Shown: piece by piece, positions 12,874 to 25,623 of the stretch
Layout: each line of letters begins with the position of its first letter
How positions within the stretch are numbered: the stretch's first letter is position 1
Assembly (NCBI GenBank): GCA_018398765.1
Contig: JAHBMJ010000299.1
Span: 62,001-126,000 of the forward strand
DNA length: 64,000 nt
From: Chromera velia
Lineage: Eukaryota
Reading direction: 5' to 3'
Program-made: the position numbers and the translations under genes
Notes under the pieces: generated by a model
The model's database searches: none
Seen by the model: the letters and a program-made list of their open reading frames with translations, nothing else
What the model was told of the DNA's origin: nothing

Positions 12874-13766
12874 TTTGTGCAAATCACTGCTGCCGGTTTG
12901 TCTGTAATCGTTTGCTCAGCGAAGATTTCCTCTGTCAAGTGCAATACATGTAAGCACAGGGAAGTATAGGCAGTTTCGATACCACTTTGCAAGATTTTGC
13001 AAGCAGCAGAGCGCCTAGCTGTTAATTCTGCAGTTCCGGCCGAGAGGCCCGAGAGACTGCATGCATGCATGTGCAAAAAAAAAAACAAAAAAAGGGAAAA
13101 GGCCGGTGCAAAAAATGCATGCATGCATATTTGGTCATGCATGCAGTCAAAAGAGGGGGCGCGCGGAATGCGCGGAGCCCATGCTGTATAGCGCGCGGGG
13201 CCGCCCGCGGAGGCCGGCGGCGCCCCCGCGGCAGCGGCGGCCAAGCCCTGAGACGCTATATATAGCCAGCTACAGAGCCGCTCGCTCCGCTCGCAACTCC
13301 AAAGGCCCCGGCCGGAGGGCATGAATGAATTACAGCTCCGCCCTCCGTGGGGCCATTGATGCATCGGTGTGGAACCCAGGCAGGGGCCGCTCCGTCAAGT
13401 TCTGAGGGCATGCCGGGGCCTGTGTGCGCGCGCGAGCGTCGCCTATAGGAAGGGGAAGGGGAAGGAGTCGCGGGTGATTAAGTGCCCCCCGGGCGGAGAG
13501 CTCCGTGCGAACATGTTTCAAGCAAGCCTCGCTCCGCCCTCCGGGGCCATCGAAATGATTGGAAATGCTGTGAGTGTCCAGCCGACGTCAAAAACTGGAT
13601 TCTCGTTCTGGAAAAAACAAGTCAAGCGGTAGGCTGGTAGTAGCCTCGTCAGCTCTGTGGACCCACCGTTCATTTCTTTCTCAACTCATGGTCCTGTAAT
13701 TTGTGTGTTCATCAGTTTTTTGTGACAAGCTTGGTGTCCAGAGACGTATTCCAGGATTTTCGCAGA
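12874..13766. promoter_or_regulatory. Divergent promoter region with TGCATGCA motifs and a GC-rich island
   Basis: Lies between head-to-head genes (ATG 12873 on -, ATG 13767 on +). TGCATGCA runs at ~13059-13070, 13116-13127 and 13137-13145; GC-rich block 13155-13550 with TATATATA at ~13257. Confidence 0.55.
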
Positions 13767-16700
13767 ATGGCACAGCGTGTGCTGTACCTTGTCGATCTAC
13801 CCTCCGATGTGAAGGAAGAGGCAGTTCGGGTTTTTTGCCGCAGAGTATGTGACCCTGTGTCTATCGTCATCAGAAGGTCAGCTTCTCTCTACGAGACGCA
13901 AGGCCACGTGTGTTCTCTTCTCTTCTTTTCCCTCAAGTGCTCAATTTCCCTTCGTCGTTTCTCTCTCTGGTCCCACGTTTCTCTGAATCAGTTTTTCTGT
14001 CATGTTCAGTTTCAAAACCCGAAGATAGAAAGGTAGAAACCCTTCCCCATGCTGTGCAGGTGCGAGGAGTCCCAGACAGCCGCTGCCCGCGTGGAATTCC
14101 CCACGACTTCAGATGCCGAGATGGCAGGGAACACGCTGTCTGGAATGACCTGCAGCGGGGAGGTCGTTGAGTTCTCTGTAGAACCCCACCCTCTATTTCT
14201 GCAACCCTCCCCGAGTCCCTCCCCACCTTCTGCCGCCACAGAGAAAAACGAAGAGAACGAAGGGGCAGCGAAGGTTGAAACAGAAACCAAGGAAAGGGAG
14301 GGTGAAGATGTTGAAATGAAGGATCAGACAGATGAAGGTTCCAGACACGAGGGGCATGCCTTGGCCTCTCATTCCGCCCCTCCTCCGGCCCTTGAGTCCT
14401 CTGATTCCACTGCAGAAGGACAAGGGCAAACACATGAGGAAAGCGGGAAGGATGAGTCTGCCGCCGGGGCCCCCGAGGAGAGCGACAAAGACACAGGGGC
14501 CCCGGCCGTCTCGGGGACCGATGCAGCGTCACCTGCTGCGAATGAGGACCGGGTCCCTGCAGTGGCTTCTGGGGCTCCTCTGTTGGCCAGCACCAGTATC
14601 CCTATCACTCCTTCTCTCCCATTCGGTATGACAGGAGGGCCGACGCCAGTTCTGCCTGCCAACGCGGCAGCGGCAGCTCTAAGTGCCGGTGCCGGTACAG
14701 GTGCGGTGGGTGGTCTGGGTGTTCTGCCGTCTTTGACTGCGGCGAATGTGAATGCGAATGTGACCCAGACCCTCCAGGCCATCCAGGCCATCCAGAATCT
14801 GGGCAGGCTGGAGACCTCAACCCAGAAAGAGGGTGAGACGCTGGAAGAACAGGTCGCTCGCACGGTGCACGTCGGAAATGTAGATGCGCAGGTGAGTGGG
14901 AAAGAAACAGCGAGAAAAAAACTCATACGTGAAACGTATGGGAGGAAAACAGAGGGGTCTGAAGACATGGTGGAAGCTGGCGGGATGGATGATTTTAAAG
15001 AGGACTGGATGATTTATTGAAAAGGCAAAAAAAGAAACACCTGTGACCCAACCTTCTTGCTGTTCCCCACTTTCAATTTGGACCTGTTTACAGGAAAGAA
15101 ACAAAAAAACTTCATGCAGTCTGAAAACCCGCACGCCCTTTCCCCATTTTGCAGACGACGGAGCAGGAACTGAGGGCGATCTTCTCTGCGGTGAGCACTC
15201 GCAAATTCTGTTCTGGGAGGACCGGCCAGGACAAAAATAGGCAGCTGGTGCAGGACAAGCTGGAAGAGAGTGAAATAAGTTGGAGAAGGAGAGGAGGGAA
15301 TCGATCAAGAGGAGAGAAAGAGGGTGGAACTTCCGTGACCCTTTATGTCCTTTGAAAAGCTGCCTGAAAAAGCATCACCATACATTTGTCGACGGATGGG
15401 GGAGAACGCGACGCAGATCATTATTTTGTTCGGCATTTTTTTTTTTTTGACATGCAGCAAGTGCTCGTTCGACCGGGCTCAAGAAAGCATGTGGCCGCAC
15501 GCTTCTTTCCTTCCCTCTGGACTGCTTGACTGCTTGCAGGTCGGGACGATCACCGCCCTGAAGATCGCTGGACAGGCCGACAAGTCGACCAAATTTGCCT
15601 TCATCGAGTTTGAGAACCAACAACTGGCCCTCACTGTCAGTTTATCTTGTTCTCTGTTCGTTTCGCTTTTTTGTCGCACCTCCTAGAGTCTTCGGGGAGA
15701 CTCTAGAGTGAAGCTGCTATTGATGCTGGACCGCACAAACAGAACGATAGTCGGTGCGCTGTGCATTTCCTCTGCCAAGCTAAAGTCTCCCGTTAGCATG
15801 AATTCGCTTCTGTTCAAAGCCAACATTCGATTCATGCGTCTTCCTCTCCTTGCTGCTTTTGCTGTCTCTTTCTGCTGCTACTGCTGCTGCTGCTGCAGGC
15901 CCACGCCCTCTCGGGAGCTGTGCCTCTGCACGGACGGACCATCAAGTGCGTTTTGTAATTGTGCGCAGGTACCCTCTCAGTAGTCTCGTTTCTTCACTGT
16001 CGACAGTGCTCGTCCGGCTCCTTCCCCGTCTTTTTCCTCTCGTCGCCATTCCTTTCTCCTCAGTCCTGCGATAGCGTGTCTCGACTGGGTCCACGTCTTC
16101 GGGACGGAGGTGTCCCGGCACTTACCTTTCTGCCAAATGACGTGAGCAAGACTAGAGGTCATTTGTCTCATAACAACGAACATTAGAAGAATTGTTCTGT
16201 CCTTCGACAGTTCTTTCATTGACTGAACGAACGAACAAAACAATCAAGAACTTTGCTACATGCAGGGTGAATCATGCAAAGGGTACGGTGTTCCCACGCT
16301 CCACTGCAAGCCCCGCCGCCAATGCACAGCAGCAGCAGCTCCTCTCCGTCCTCCAAGCTCAGCTCCAGTCGCAGCTGCAACAGCAGGTGCTCCTTCTCCA
16401 GCAGCAGCAGAGACAGCAGCAGTTACAGGCCCAGAGCATGATGCAGATGCAGAACCTACAGGTGCAGCAGGCGGCGGCGGCAAGCCCAGGGGCAGGACAG
16501 GCGGCAGCGAGCAGCAGCAGCGTCCAGCAAAGCCCTACGACTGATGTGCAGATGAAAGACGCACGTCAGTTGCAGTAACTTTGGTGGCAGTCTGCGTTTG
16601 GAAGGAGTGGAAGGGATTGGGTGTCCGGGGTCTGATGTTGTTGAGAAAAGACATTTGGCACTCTTGACTTTCATCATGCCCTTTTGTTGGTTATGGGAAG

Positions 16701-18062
16701 AATGAACCGGTGCTGATGTGGAAACAATGACTGACAGCTAGAGTCAAAAACAACAGATTGGGGAACAAAACAGTAAAACAAAAATGAAGACGCTTGACAT
16801 TAGAATTTCTGTACAGGTGTATGAGGAGTCCCGTTTTTGCCACACAATCACTTTCTTCGTGCAGCTTTTTTGTCTGATGGTGTCAGTCTTTTCGTTTCAT
16901 CTGTCACGTGCAGCTGTCGAGAACGGGAAGGAGAGTGGGGAGTCGGGCACAAGAGACAAAGCTGGAGAGAAAGATAGGAGCCCTCCTGCAGATGATAAGA
17001 GAAGGCAGAAAAGAGGCGACAGAACTCGGAGAGACGTGTCTCCTTCTTCGTCTCCATCCGTCTCCTCGAGAGGAAGGTCTGTCTCATCTCGGTCGCGTTC
17101 CCGCTCTCGCTCTCGGGGAAGACGGGCGCCCCTGGGTAGAAGTGAGAGCAGGAGCTGGAGCAGAAGTCCCCCGAGACGAGGACGGCGCGACGACAGGGAT
17201 GACAGCCGGTCTCCGCCTCCTCCCAGTAGGAGACGTGCGAGGTCTCCCACTCCTCCCCCGAGGTCAGTCAGGAGCCGCTCCCTGCTTTCTACTCCCTACA
17301 CTGCGGGGGGCACGCGTCACCGCTTGCAACCTCAAAAAAGTCATACGTGTGTCCTTTGATGCATTTTGGCTCGTCGAATGCATGTGAAGGTTCATGCTGG
17401 GTTTATCTGGATGCTCAGTGACCAGACGTAAAGAGACGCGCTGTCCTTCCTGTGTTTCGTTTTCTACATTCGCATGCAGGCGGCGACGTCGTTCACCCAC
17501 GCCCCCGAGGTATAGAGACAGGCGCCGCCGCACTCCATCCCCCGCCTACAGAAGGAGGAGGAGGAGCCCGTCGCCCCTCTACCGGAGGGACTACAGAGAC
17601 AATTGGGGGGGCAGGAGGGATGGGTGGGAGCGGGAGAGGGACAGACGAGATAGGAGGGACAGGAGCTTGGGGAGGAGAGAAAGAGACTGGGGGGGGAGGG
17701 GGGACAGAAGAGGGGAAGACAGGGAGAGGGAGAGGGGGTCCCCTCTGCGTCCAGACCGCCCGAGAGGTCGTCTTTCTCCTCCTTCCGCTGAGAAAGACAG
17801 GCGCTCCCCCACCGCACGGCGTGAGGACCGTAAAAGAGGCAGAGGAGGGGAAGAGGGAGACGAGAGAACTGTGTCCAACCGCAGATCTCAGTCGCCTTCG
17901 CGAGCTCCCTCTTCCCCCGCGCTAAAGAGTGAGGGGGGGCCGGTGAGAACGGAAAACGAAAAAGGAGCTTCAAAGAGTTCGGGGGGGCAGGAAGAGGAAG
18001 AGATGCCACCCGTTGCGGGAGACCAGCGTGACAACACCAACACCAACGAAGAAATGGAATGA
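13767..18062 (+). CDS. SREK1/SRSF11-like SR splicing factor (two RRMs, Q-rich linker, RS/RD tail); multi-exon
   Basis: Exons approx. 13767-13876, 14060-14891, 15154-15190, 15540-15635, 15899-15945, 16266-16564, 16913-17262, 17480-18062. Spliced RRM2 reads ARTVHVGNVDAQTTEQELRAIFSAVGTITALKIAGQADKSTKFAFIEFENQQLALTAHALSGAVPLHGRTIKVNHAK. RS-rich C-terminus (SRSRSRSRSRG, RRRSPSP). Confidence 0.82.
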
Positions 18063-19889
18063 CCTTCGTTGAGAGAACAGTTTGGTGCATAGGCATCAAA
18101 GACGTCTTCAGAGGACGCTCTTCGGAGCATCAAATTCAATAACAATTAGACTGATCCAGGAAGGGGACGTACGGGAGAATCTGTTTGAAGGCCGGAGTAG
18201 CAAAAGCGCGCCAGGCCGTGCAACAAGTTTGCTTTGGAGGATCAAGTGCATGTTTACAGTGACGTCGCCCAGTTGAAGAAGGGAAGGGAAACTCGGTGTA
18301 CAGCGGGGGCTTTTGTGGATTTTGTCTAGCTGCCTCTATGTATCGTCATGCAGTGGTGGGACTTTTGAATTGACGCGCCATGCGACTCGTGTCGTGAAAG
18401 CGTCTTCATTTTCGTTTGGGAGCCCGTTTTCTGCAGTCTCAGCTTACGTGCCGTCGGTCGACGTGCTGAAAGCAACAGATTCAAAGGATGACCCCACCCC
18501 ATGCATTGCACGAATGCTTTCTCGACTTCTGCCATTCGATCAGGTGGATCCGAAACGTTCTAGGAAGCGTTCCAAGTTCCAAGGCGAACACACGAATCTA
18601 GACACGAATTCAGGGGGGCTTGACTGTTTCACACCCAGTCCTGGGCCCTGCTTCGTTCCAATTTGGCAATTTGTTCATCGGCGGCGGCGCCTTATACATG
18701 TTTCATTGAATAAACGGGCGGCTTTGAAAAACAGAGAGAATTAAGAATATATATGGAATTGTCGAAAACGCTAGCGAAAACGTTAATATAATTTTAAATT
18801 TTTAATTTATTGTTTTTAAATTATCACGATTTTTGTTATATGATTGGTCTAGTGATTTGTCATTAAATCAAACATTTTATCGAGCATTTTTAATTAAATT
18901 TAATATATAGAGTGTTTTTTATATGTAGAGTTTTTATATTTTAGGATGTTTAGAGCTAGGTTGATCGAGAGTGTGATAGTGATAGCATATCATAGCATAG
19001 CATTAATGTTCCGAATTTTTCCTGCGGCCGGAGGGCGGCTTGTACTAGAATACTTAGTACTGGAGTTGTATACCATAGTAATTTTCTAGAGTGATTTTAC
19101 GATTTGATTGGTGCCCTAATAGAGGACTGTCACCATCACAGTTTAACCAGAAGTCGCCTCCGCGAGCAGTAAAAGTATGCCCCATCGCTGAGGCTTCACT
19201 GCAGCTTCAGACCGCACCCCGTGGCCTGTCTAGGGCTAGGCCTGGGGCTTCTCCCAGACCGTCAACGACCAACATTCTCTGTTCCTACTAGACTAAGCTC
19301 TGTTCACTTTGCATGTTTTGAATGGGTTGCAGTTTAAGCTAGAGTTCAAGTGACGTAAAAAAAAAGTTATACGGAACAATATATCATAAAATAATCATTA
19401 AAACTATAATCATAAAACAAATTGATATTAATTTTTTTTTTTTACTGTTTTTACTAAAAAACATTTTTTACTATATTAATGTATGTTTGCATTAAAAGAT
19501 ATATTTACAAACATGCTTTAGCAGCTATAGCGGCTAGGACATATCATGCCACAACGCGTTGGCATGAAGAAACCTTGAAAAGTGAACGAACAAACCAAGT
19601 CCGGTCGGAATGCTCTAAGTGCTTTTCACAACATGATTCAACATCCTTGCCGGCCCTCCAATCAAAGTTTCGGAATCAACAAGCCAGTCTTCTCCCATGA
19701 ACTTTCGTGTCCGATTCTCTGTGAGGCGGGTATGCTGTCACGGTATTAAATGCAGCAAAGAGACTCCAAGTTTGTCGTTGATTCATCAGCCTTTCGTTTA
19801 TGCAGCAGGGCTAGGGGATGATGCTACCGGACGACCCTTCAGTGCCGCCACGAGAGGGCCCAATTTCCTCCTCAGCAGATCTCTCAGCG

Positions 19890-20567
19890 CTAACCTGCAT
19901 CAAAAAGGAATTCGGTCATCGAAAAGCGAACCACTGCAAATTTCTGAACGGCATGGTCAGCGGACTCACGCAACGTTGTCGGCTTCGCTCGACGTGGCTG
20001 CACCGGGGGGCCCTCCCTTAGGGTTGGCTGCAAGATTGACGCTTGGCACAGCGATGCACAGGGTGGCAGCATGCCAGAAGACACGGGTGGCATCATGCAC
20101 GACTTTTGTCAAAGGACCCGCCGAAACGGACCGGTCGCAGCACCCTCAGGGACCGTGGCCATCTGCAGAATCACATTGAATCCAGTTTCATCAGTCACCC
20201 TCAGATCTCAAAACAGTGGCATTTCAAAACAGTCGCCAACAGGGACTGCGGCCAGACCGTTCCAGAGATCTCTGTGGGCATCCCCGCCATGCCGTCGTCA
20301 AGGAAGAAGGCCTCAAAAAGAGGATGAAGCTCTTCGTTCACGACTTTGCTCATGGCATCTGTCAGGGCAGTACGTAAGAGAGTCATTTTTTGCTTGAACT
20401 CAGACGGAAGGTGGTCCACTGTCCTTCAAAGCTTTGAAGTCCTTTTTGGAGTTTCAATCACCTTTCAGTTCAAAAACGTCAACGTCCTTGGAGGCCTCCT
20501 TTCCGAGATGCAAGGCTTGAAGACCAAGCACCAGAGGAACGAAGAAAAGGACTCTAGCGATTTGCAT
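19890..20567 (-). pseudogene. Possible degenerate secreted-protein gene
   Basis: ATG at 20567 in CAAAATG context begins signal-peptide-like MQIARVLFFVPLVLGLQA. The frame stops after 37 codons and protein-like sequence continues in a shifted frame (DHLPSEFKQKMTLLRTALTDAMSKVVNEELHPLFEAFF...). No clear introns. Confidence 0.35.
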
Positions 20568-20839
20568 TTTGGATTCAGATCGCAGGACTTCCAAGCAGTT
20601 CCTTCCAAGCAGTTCTTCCAGTCGACCGGTCTTGTAGCCAGACCTCTCAATGCAAGAGCGCCAGATGTTAATCTTCCGTCTGCCCTTCTCTGCGTTGCAA
20701 GAGGGAAAAGGCCAACGTGCGCTGAATTTTGCGGTCGTGCAGGTGCACATGAATGTATGAATTATGAATAGCAGATCGTACGTATCAATACAAGGAGTAT
20801 AAAGCATGCTTTGGTGTGGTCCTCTCGAACTGTATGATC

Positions 20840-21125
20840 AGAGCATGCAATATATATCATTCACTTGGTTGATGCATGCGATGGAATTAATGCAACACAT
20901 TGCAACATGCATGCAACACGATCGATACAGAATGCATGGAATTTTGCAACACCAAAACTGCATGCATGCATGATCGGCCCGGCATGCTGTGCATTGAACA
21001 TTCAACATTAATTGTGCAACATGCAATCACGGCCGGGTTATATCGATATAATTGCGTGATTGAATTCAAGCACAAGTTAATTTGTCTGACACCTGACATG
21101 CCTGACAGTCAGGCATGTTGCATAT
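20840..21125. promoter_or_regulatory. Dense TGCA/TGCATGCA motif cluster upstream of the CrtI-like gene
   Basis: Many CATGCA/TGCATG words (e.g. 20844, 20873, 20906, 20933, 20959-20971, 21020) within ~300 bp between divergent starts. Confidence 0.5.
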
Positions 21126-21298
21126 ACAATCGCGTGCTTCTGGAAGGACTTCGTTGCATGGTATCACTGAGAGCAGCGCAAGAAGCCTGGAATAGCATTG
21201 AAGTGGGAGCCAAGAATGGACGTTGGAACTTGCGTGCTTGAGCAAAAGTTTCTTTACTATCGTTGTTGACGAATTAATGAGTGCTCTGCGTCGTGACG

Positions 21299-24110
21299 AT
21301 GTTTCTTGCAGTCAAAATTACCATCCGGCTCCTCGTGTTCCTGCATGTCCCGCTTTTATGTGCACAAGCCTTCGTAGGCCATCAAAAATTCCGATTTCTC
21401 TCGGATCGCTCAAGATCAGAAACACGCCTGCTCAGTGGCCAGCTCTCCCAGTGTGTGAATGCCACAACCGTAATTTGTGGAGCAGGCATTGGTAAGCTAG
21501 CAGGGCTCCACCGGACTGTCTTGTTGATCTGATCTTTGCAGTACATGCGGCTTTGAACCCCTCTCGGAACTCCCGTGTCTGCTTTGCAGGTGGTATGGCT
21601 CTTGCCGGCATGCTGTCAGCAAAGGGTATGGATGTTCTCGTTCTTGAAAAAAACGACAATGAGTCCGTTGGAGGTAGGATCAGCACACATAAATGGAAGA
21701 ACAGGGAGGGGCCTTTTCGTTTTGATTTAGGGCCCTCGTTGCTCTTGTGGCCGTCTACCTACTTAGAAACCTTTCGTCGTTGCGGTCTTAATGAAGACGG
21801 CAAGTCGCTTGGGTTCGTTCCGGTGAATCCAAGTTACATGGCTCACTTTGACGATGGAAGGAGCCTGAATCTGACCTTTGATGTCGAAGGGGCAGGGAAA
21901 GGAATCCCTGGCAGTCTGACACCGGTACGGAGAGAACTGCCTTCGGAGACAGTTACAGCGTTTGATAGAATAGAAGCAGGGGGTGCAGAGCGGTTCGTTG
22001 ACTACACAGACTGTGCAGATGCATGGTTGGGCTTTGGCAGGGATGCTTTTATCGACGAGCGCTTGTCTCCTGCAAGCCCAGAAAAATTGTGGAGGTTCGT
22101 GGCCGCGATTTTTAGATACAGGGCATGGCCCCTTGAACCTCACTGGTCAATGGCGCAAAGGTTCTTCCGCAGCACACATCTGCAGGCCTTCGCTGTCTTC
22201 CAGGACCTCTACGTGGGTCTGTCTCCCTTTGAAGCACCTGCCGTATTCTCCCTACTTCAGGTCTGTCAAATACCTTCCTCATCTCTCTGCTGGCGTGTAG
22301 CCTTAAAGTGTGTCAAGAGTCTTGAGTGTTGGATACAGTCGAGAGAATATGAATATTGATTTTGTCCTCAGGCAAATGATACATTAGCAACTGTCGAAAA
22401 ACGGCTGCATGCGCAATTGTCTTCACAGGGTGACTGTCTGCACATGCGCCTGTGTATGCAGGCAATAGAATTTCGCGAGGGTATCTGGTATCCCCTCGGG
22501 GGCTTTCGGAGCATCATGCAAAAGCTGGCAGAGGGAGTGACGAATCCGAGTGACCGCAAGGTTCCCGGTCGCGTCCGTGTCCTTTCTGACAGGCTGGTGA
22601 CGGGCGTCATTCATTCGGGTAGTAGCGTGGAAGGGGTCCGGGTGGTCGATCTCCAGAAACGCAGAAAGAGAGAACCTGCAGAAGAATTCGTGACAGGTGT
22701 GTTTGTTTCCCTTCCTTTCTTGTGTGCATGCAGCATATCACCATGAGCAAAACGCCCTCTACAGTCTCACAGCTTTTCTGTACAGTGCCCTCGCCCTAAG
22801 TAACTGATCTTCTTCTTTCTTGATTTGCAGGTGACATTTTTGTGCTGAATGGTGACCTTCCTGCGTGGGAAAAGTTGTTTGAGAGGGCAGGGGAAGCGCC
22901 TGACAAGCCACTGACGAACACTTCCAGCGGTCAAAGAAAGAGTGCAGCAAAAGAGGACGTGGGGGGTTTTCCAGCAGGGAATCTTGGGGGGAAACAGCCT
23001 GGTAAGGGTTTTTATGGAGGCCAAAGTATGCAAAACCGTTTTGCTTCTTCTTCGCTGTCAACTTCTGTCGTCTCTCTCCATCTCGGCCTCGGTCGGGAAT
23101 TTTCAAAAGCAGGCGAGTTGAATCATCACTCGATTTTTCTTGCAGTGAACAACACCCGACTTGCGTGGGATCACGCATTCGGGACTTTCCAGCAAGATGA
23201 AACAATACGTGACAGAACCTCAGGCATGGTCCAGGGGGGGTTGCTAAGGTCTGTTCGGAAAGGAATGGAAGAGGCAGAAAGTCGCTTTGTCAGAGAAGCA
23301 GAGGGGATTATTTCTGTGTATGCCACGCTTACAGAACGCCTCCAGACATACTCTCGACTCGCACGAGAGAGACTGTCGGACCCCGAAAAGGCATTATTGC
23401 CTGCTTTTGACTTCAACTTCTATGTCCACGCTCCCTCCCGAACGGAGAAAACAGGAGACGTGTGTCCACAAGGGAAAGATGCAATCACAGTGCTCTTTCC
23501 CGTTCCCCCCCTCCCTACCCGAGTCTCCGATGCCCTGCTGTCGGAGGACCCCATTTTTTCACAGGGGACACCGAAGTCAGAGACTCAAAGAACTCTCCTC
23601 GAAGCCGTGAGAAAGCAAGAGGCCGAGCTAAAAAATGCAGTGCGGGACGCTGTGCTGCTCCGCATGTCTCTAGTAGAGGGCATGGAAGACTTTGAGGACC
23701 AAATTGTTCTCTCCAAAACCGTCGGGCCGACTGATTGGCTGCACAAGTTCCGGTTGCAGGGAGGTGCAGTGTTTGGGCTTGCCCACCCACTGTGGCAACT
23801 GTGGCGACTTCGTCCAGGCCCCCTATGGTCACCTCCGCGGGAAGTGACACTGGGGTTGGGACAAAAGTGGCAGCCTGGATGGCCACTTTCTGCACTTGTT
23901 GAGACAATTCTCCGCGGTTTGATGACCGTATCAAAAAAAGCAGAAAGAGGTTCAACTCGAAATTCACGGACCCGGTTGCGCAACCTTTTTGCATGCGGGG
24001 CTTCGTGTAAGCCAGGCAACGGTGTGCCACTCGTAATGACAGGTGCGAGACAGACCGCAGACGAAATCCTTTCCTTACTCAGACAGACTCGAAAGTCTCA
24101 AGATTCATAA
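21299..24110 (+). CDS. crtI: CrtI-family FAD-dependent carotenoid (phytoene) desaturase with bipartite N-terminal targeting sequence; 4 exons
   Basis: Exons 21299-21491, 21590-22260, 22462-22696, 22831-24110. Splicing builds the Rossmann motif VICGAGIGGMALA...VLVLEKN...GGR. Other CrtI-type motifs: FRFDLGPSL, FQDLYVGLSPFEAPAVFSLLQAIE, GIWYPLGG, FYVHAPSRT, GAVFGLAH, NLFACGASCKPGNGVPLVMTGA. Confidence 0.85.
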
Positions 24111-24986
24111 ATGACTATACGTGTCCAATGTTATCCAATATATGTGCTCCGTGATTCCTAGCGTGATTCCAGTCAAATAGATCGTTTCATAGGCAGTCTT
24201 TGATATATCCTTCTTCTTCATTCTAGTCTTTATTCTCATTTTTTCTTTTTTTTGTTATATAAATCATAGTATAAATACGAAAAACGTGTTCCCCATTATG
24301 AGATATTCTATCATCTTTTATGCTAGGAGCGCTAACTAGGACTTTCAAGTTCCTATACTTTCCTAGTACTTTTAATCTTTTCACTAGTTTTTTAATACTA
24401 ATATATATGTTTCAAACCACTTTTTGAAGAATGCATAAAACCCTAGATAAAACCCCCTGAGACCTCCACTCGTAATTTGATTTATAAGGTGATCGAGTTC
24501 TAAGCCAAATTATTTTAAAAGTTATTGCTTTGAATAATTTCCATAAACCAATATTGTTTGTCATACTTCGTAGTTCACCAGAGCCTAAGTGGTGGCTTAC
24601 CGGCTGTAACCGTCTCAATTCAATTTTGAAAAAAAAATAAGTTTATCAATTTATATATCTATATCCAGATGTATATAAAATAATTGATCTCTAACTTACC
24701 CCTAGGAGGCTAGAGTTTCTGTCTTCACGTTGCCGACAGAAGTTTTGAGTTGGTACAACACAGTTATCCGTGAAGCAGCTTACAATCCTAGAAGCTCATC
24801 AAGGGCTCATGCCACAAACTGCCCTTCAAGCAAACATGCCCTTCAAGCATCACGGCTCAAAAAGCATACACGTGCAAGCATTGTATACTGCCTGCAACAC
24901 TACACATCGCAACACTTTGTAACGATTAATTTCACATCGAGCCATAACTTACTTAAGCCGTTACCAAGCCTAAACCTTGAACCATT

Positions 24987-25125
24987 ACGAGATACACCCA
25001 ACCAGTTGGGTGAGTGCCTCGGGAGGCCATTTTGGGGGTCCGCTCATATTTGATTGGTGCACACCATCGGGGGCTTAAGCATGTCTTGTGTGCTGCCATG
25101 GGGCAGGGTAGGGCGGGGGCCACGA
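24987..25125 (+). repeat. Dispersed repeat fragment homologous (inverted) to the interior of the MITE at 40600-40725
   Basis: GAGATACACCCAACCAGTTGGGTGAGTGCCTCGGGAGGCC...TTTGATTGGTGCACACCATCGGGGGCTTAAGCATGT aligns with the reverse complement of 40600-40725 (AAGATATACCTAACTAGTTGGGTAAATGCCTCAGGAGGCC...TTTGATTGATGCGCACCATCGGAGGCTTAGGCATGT). Confidence 0.8.
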
Positions 25126-25623
25126 CTAAGAGCAATCTGCTCATCGATCACTTTTAGTGCGGCTTGTCCTTCAGGCGACGGTAGGGTAGAAAAACAAAGA
25201 AAAGTAAAGAAAAGAGCGGAAAAGAGGGGAAAGGCAGGGCAAAAACTTGGCGACAAAATGGATGCCCCATATGGAGACGGCAGTATATGGCGTGCATGTC
25301 ACGTATACTGTGACGCGTACAACGCGCTCCGGCCTGGCCTGGCACTTTTCGTGCTTCAGTCCTCATTAATTATAGTCCTCACTAATCTTATGATTAAAGG
25401 CTGACTTTTCTATGAAATCAACCAGTGTTGGCAGTATCTGGTAGTGCATGACTTTTCTGCTTTCACTGAGCGGAATATGCGTGAGTGGAGTGCTCAGTGT
25501 CTACTCAGTGCATTTCTGATTCCGGCACTACACGCCACAGTCTGCTCCAGCCGTCCAGTGACCAGCAGTGACCTTCTCTCTTCTCTTTGTCTCTGGGTCT
25601 CCGTCTCTTTCCTGACGAACGAC

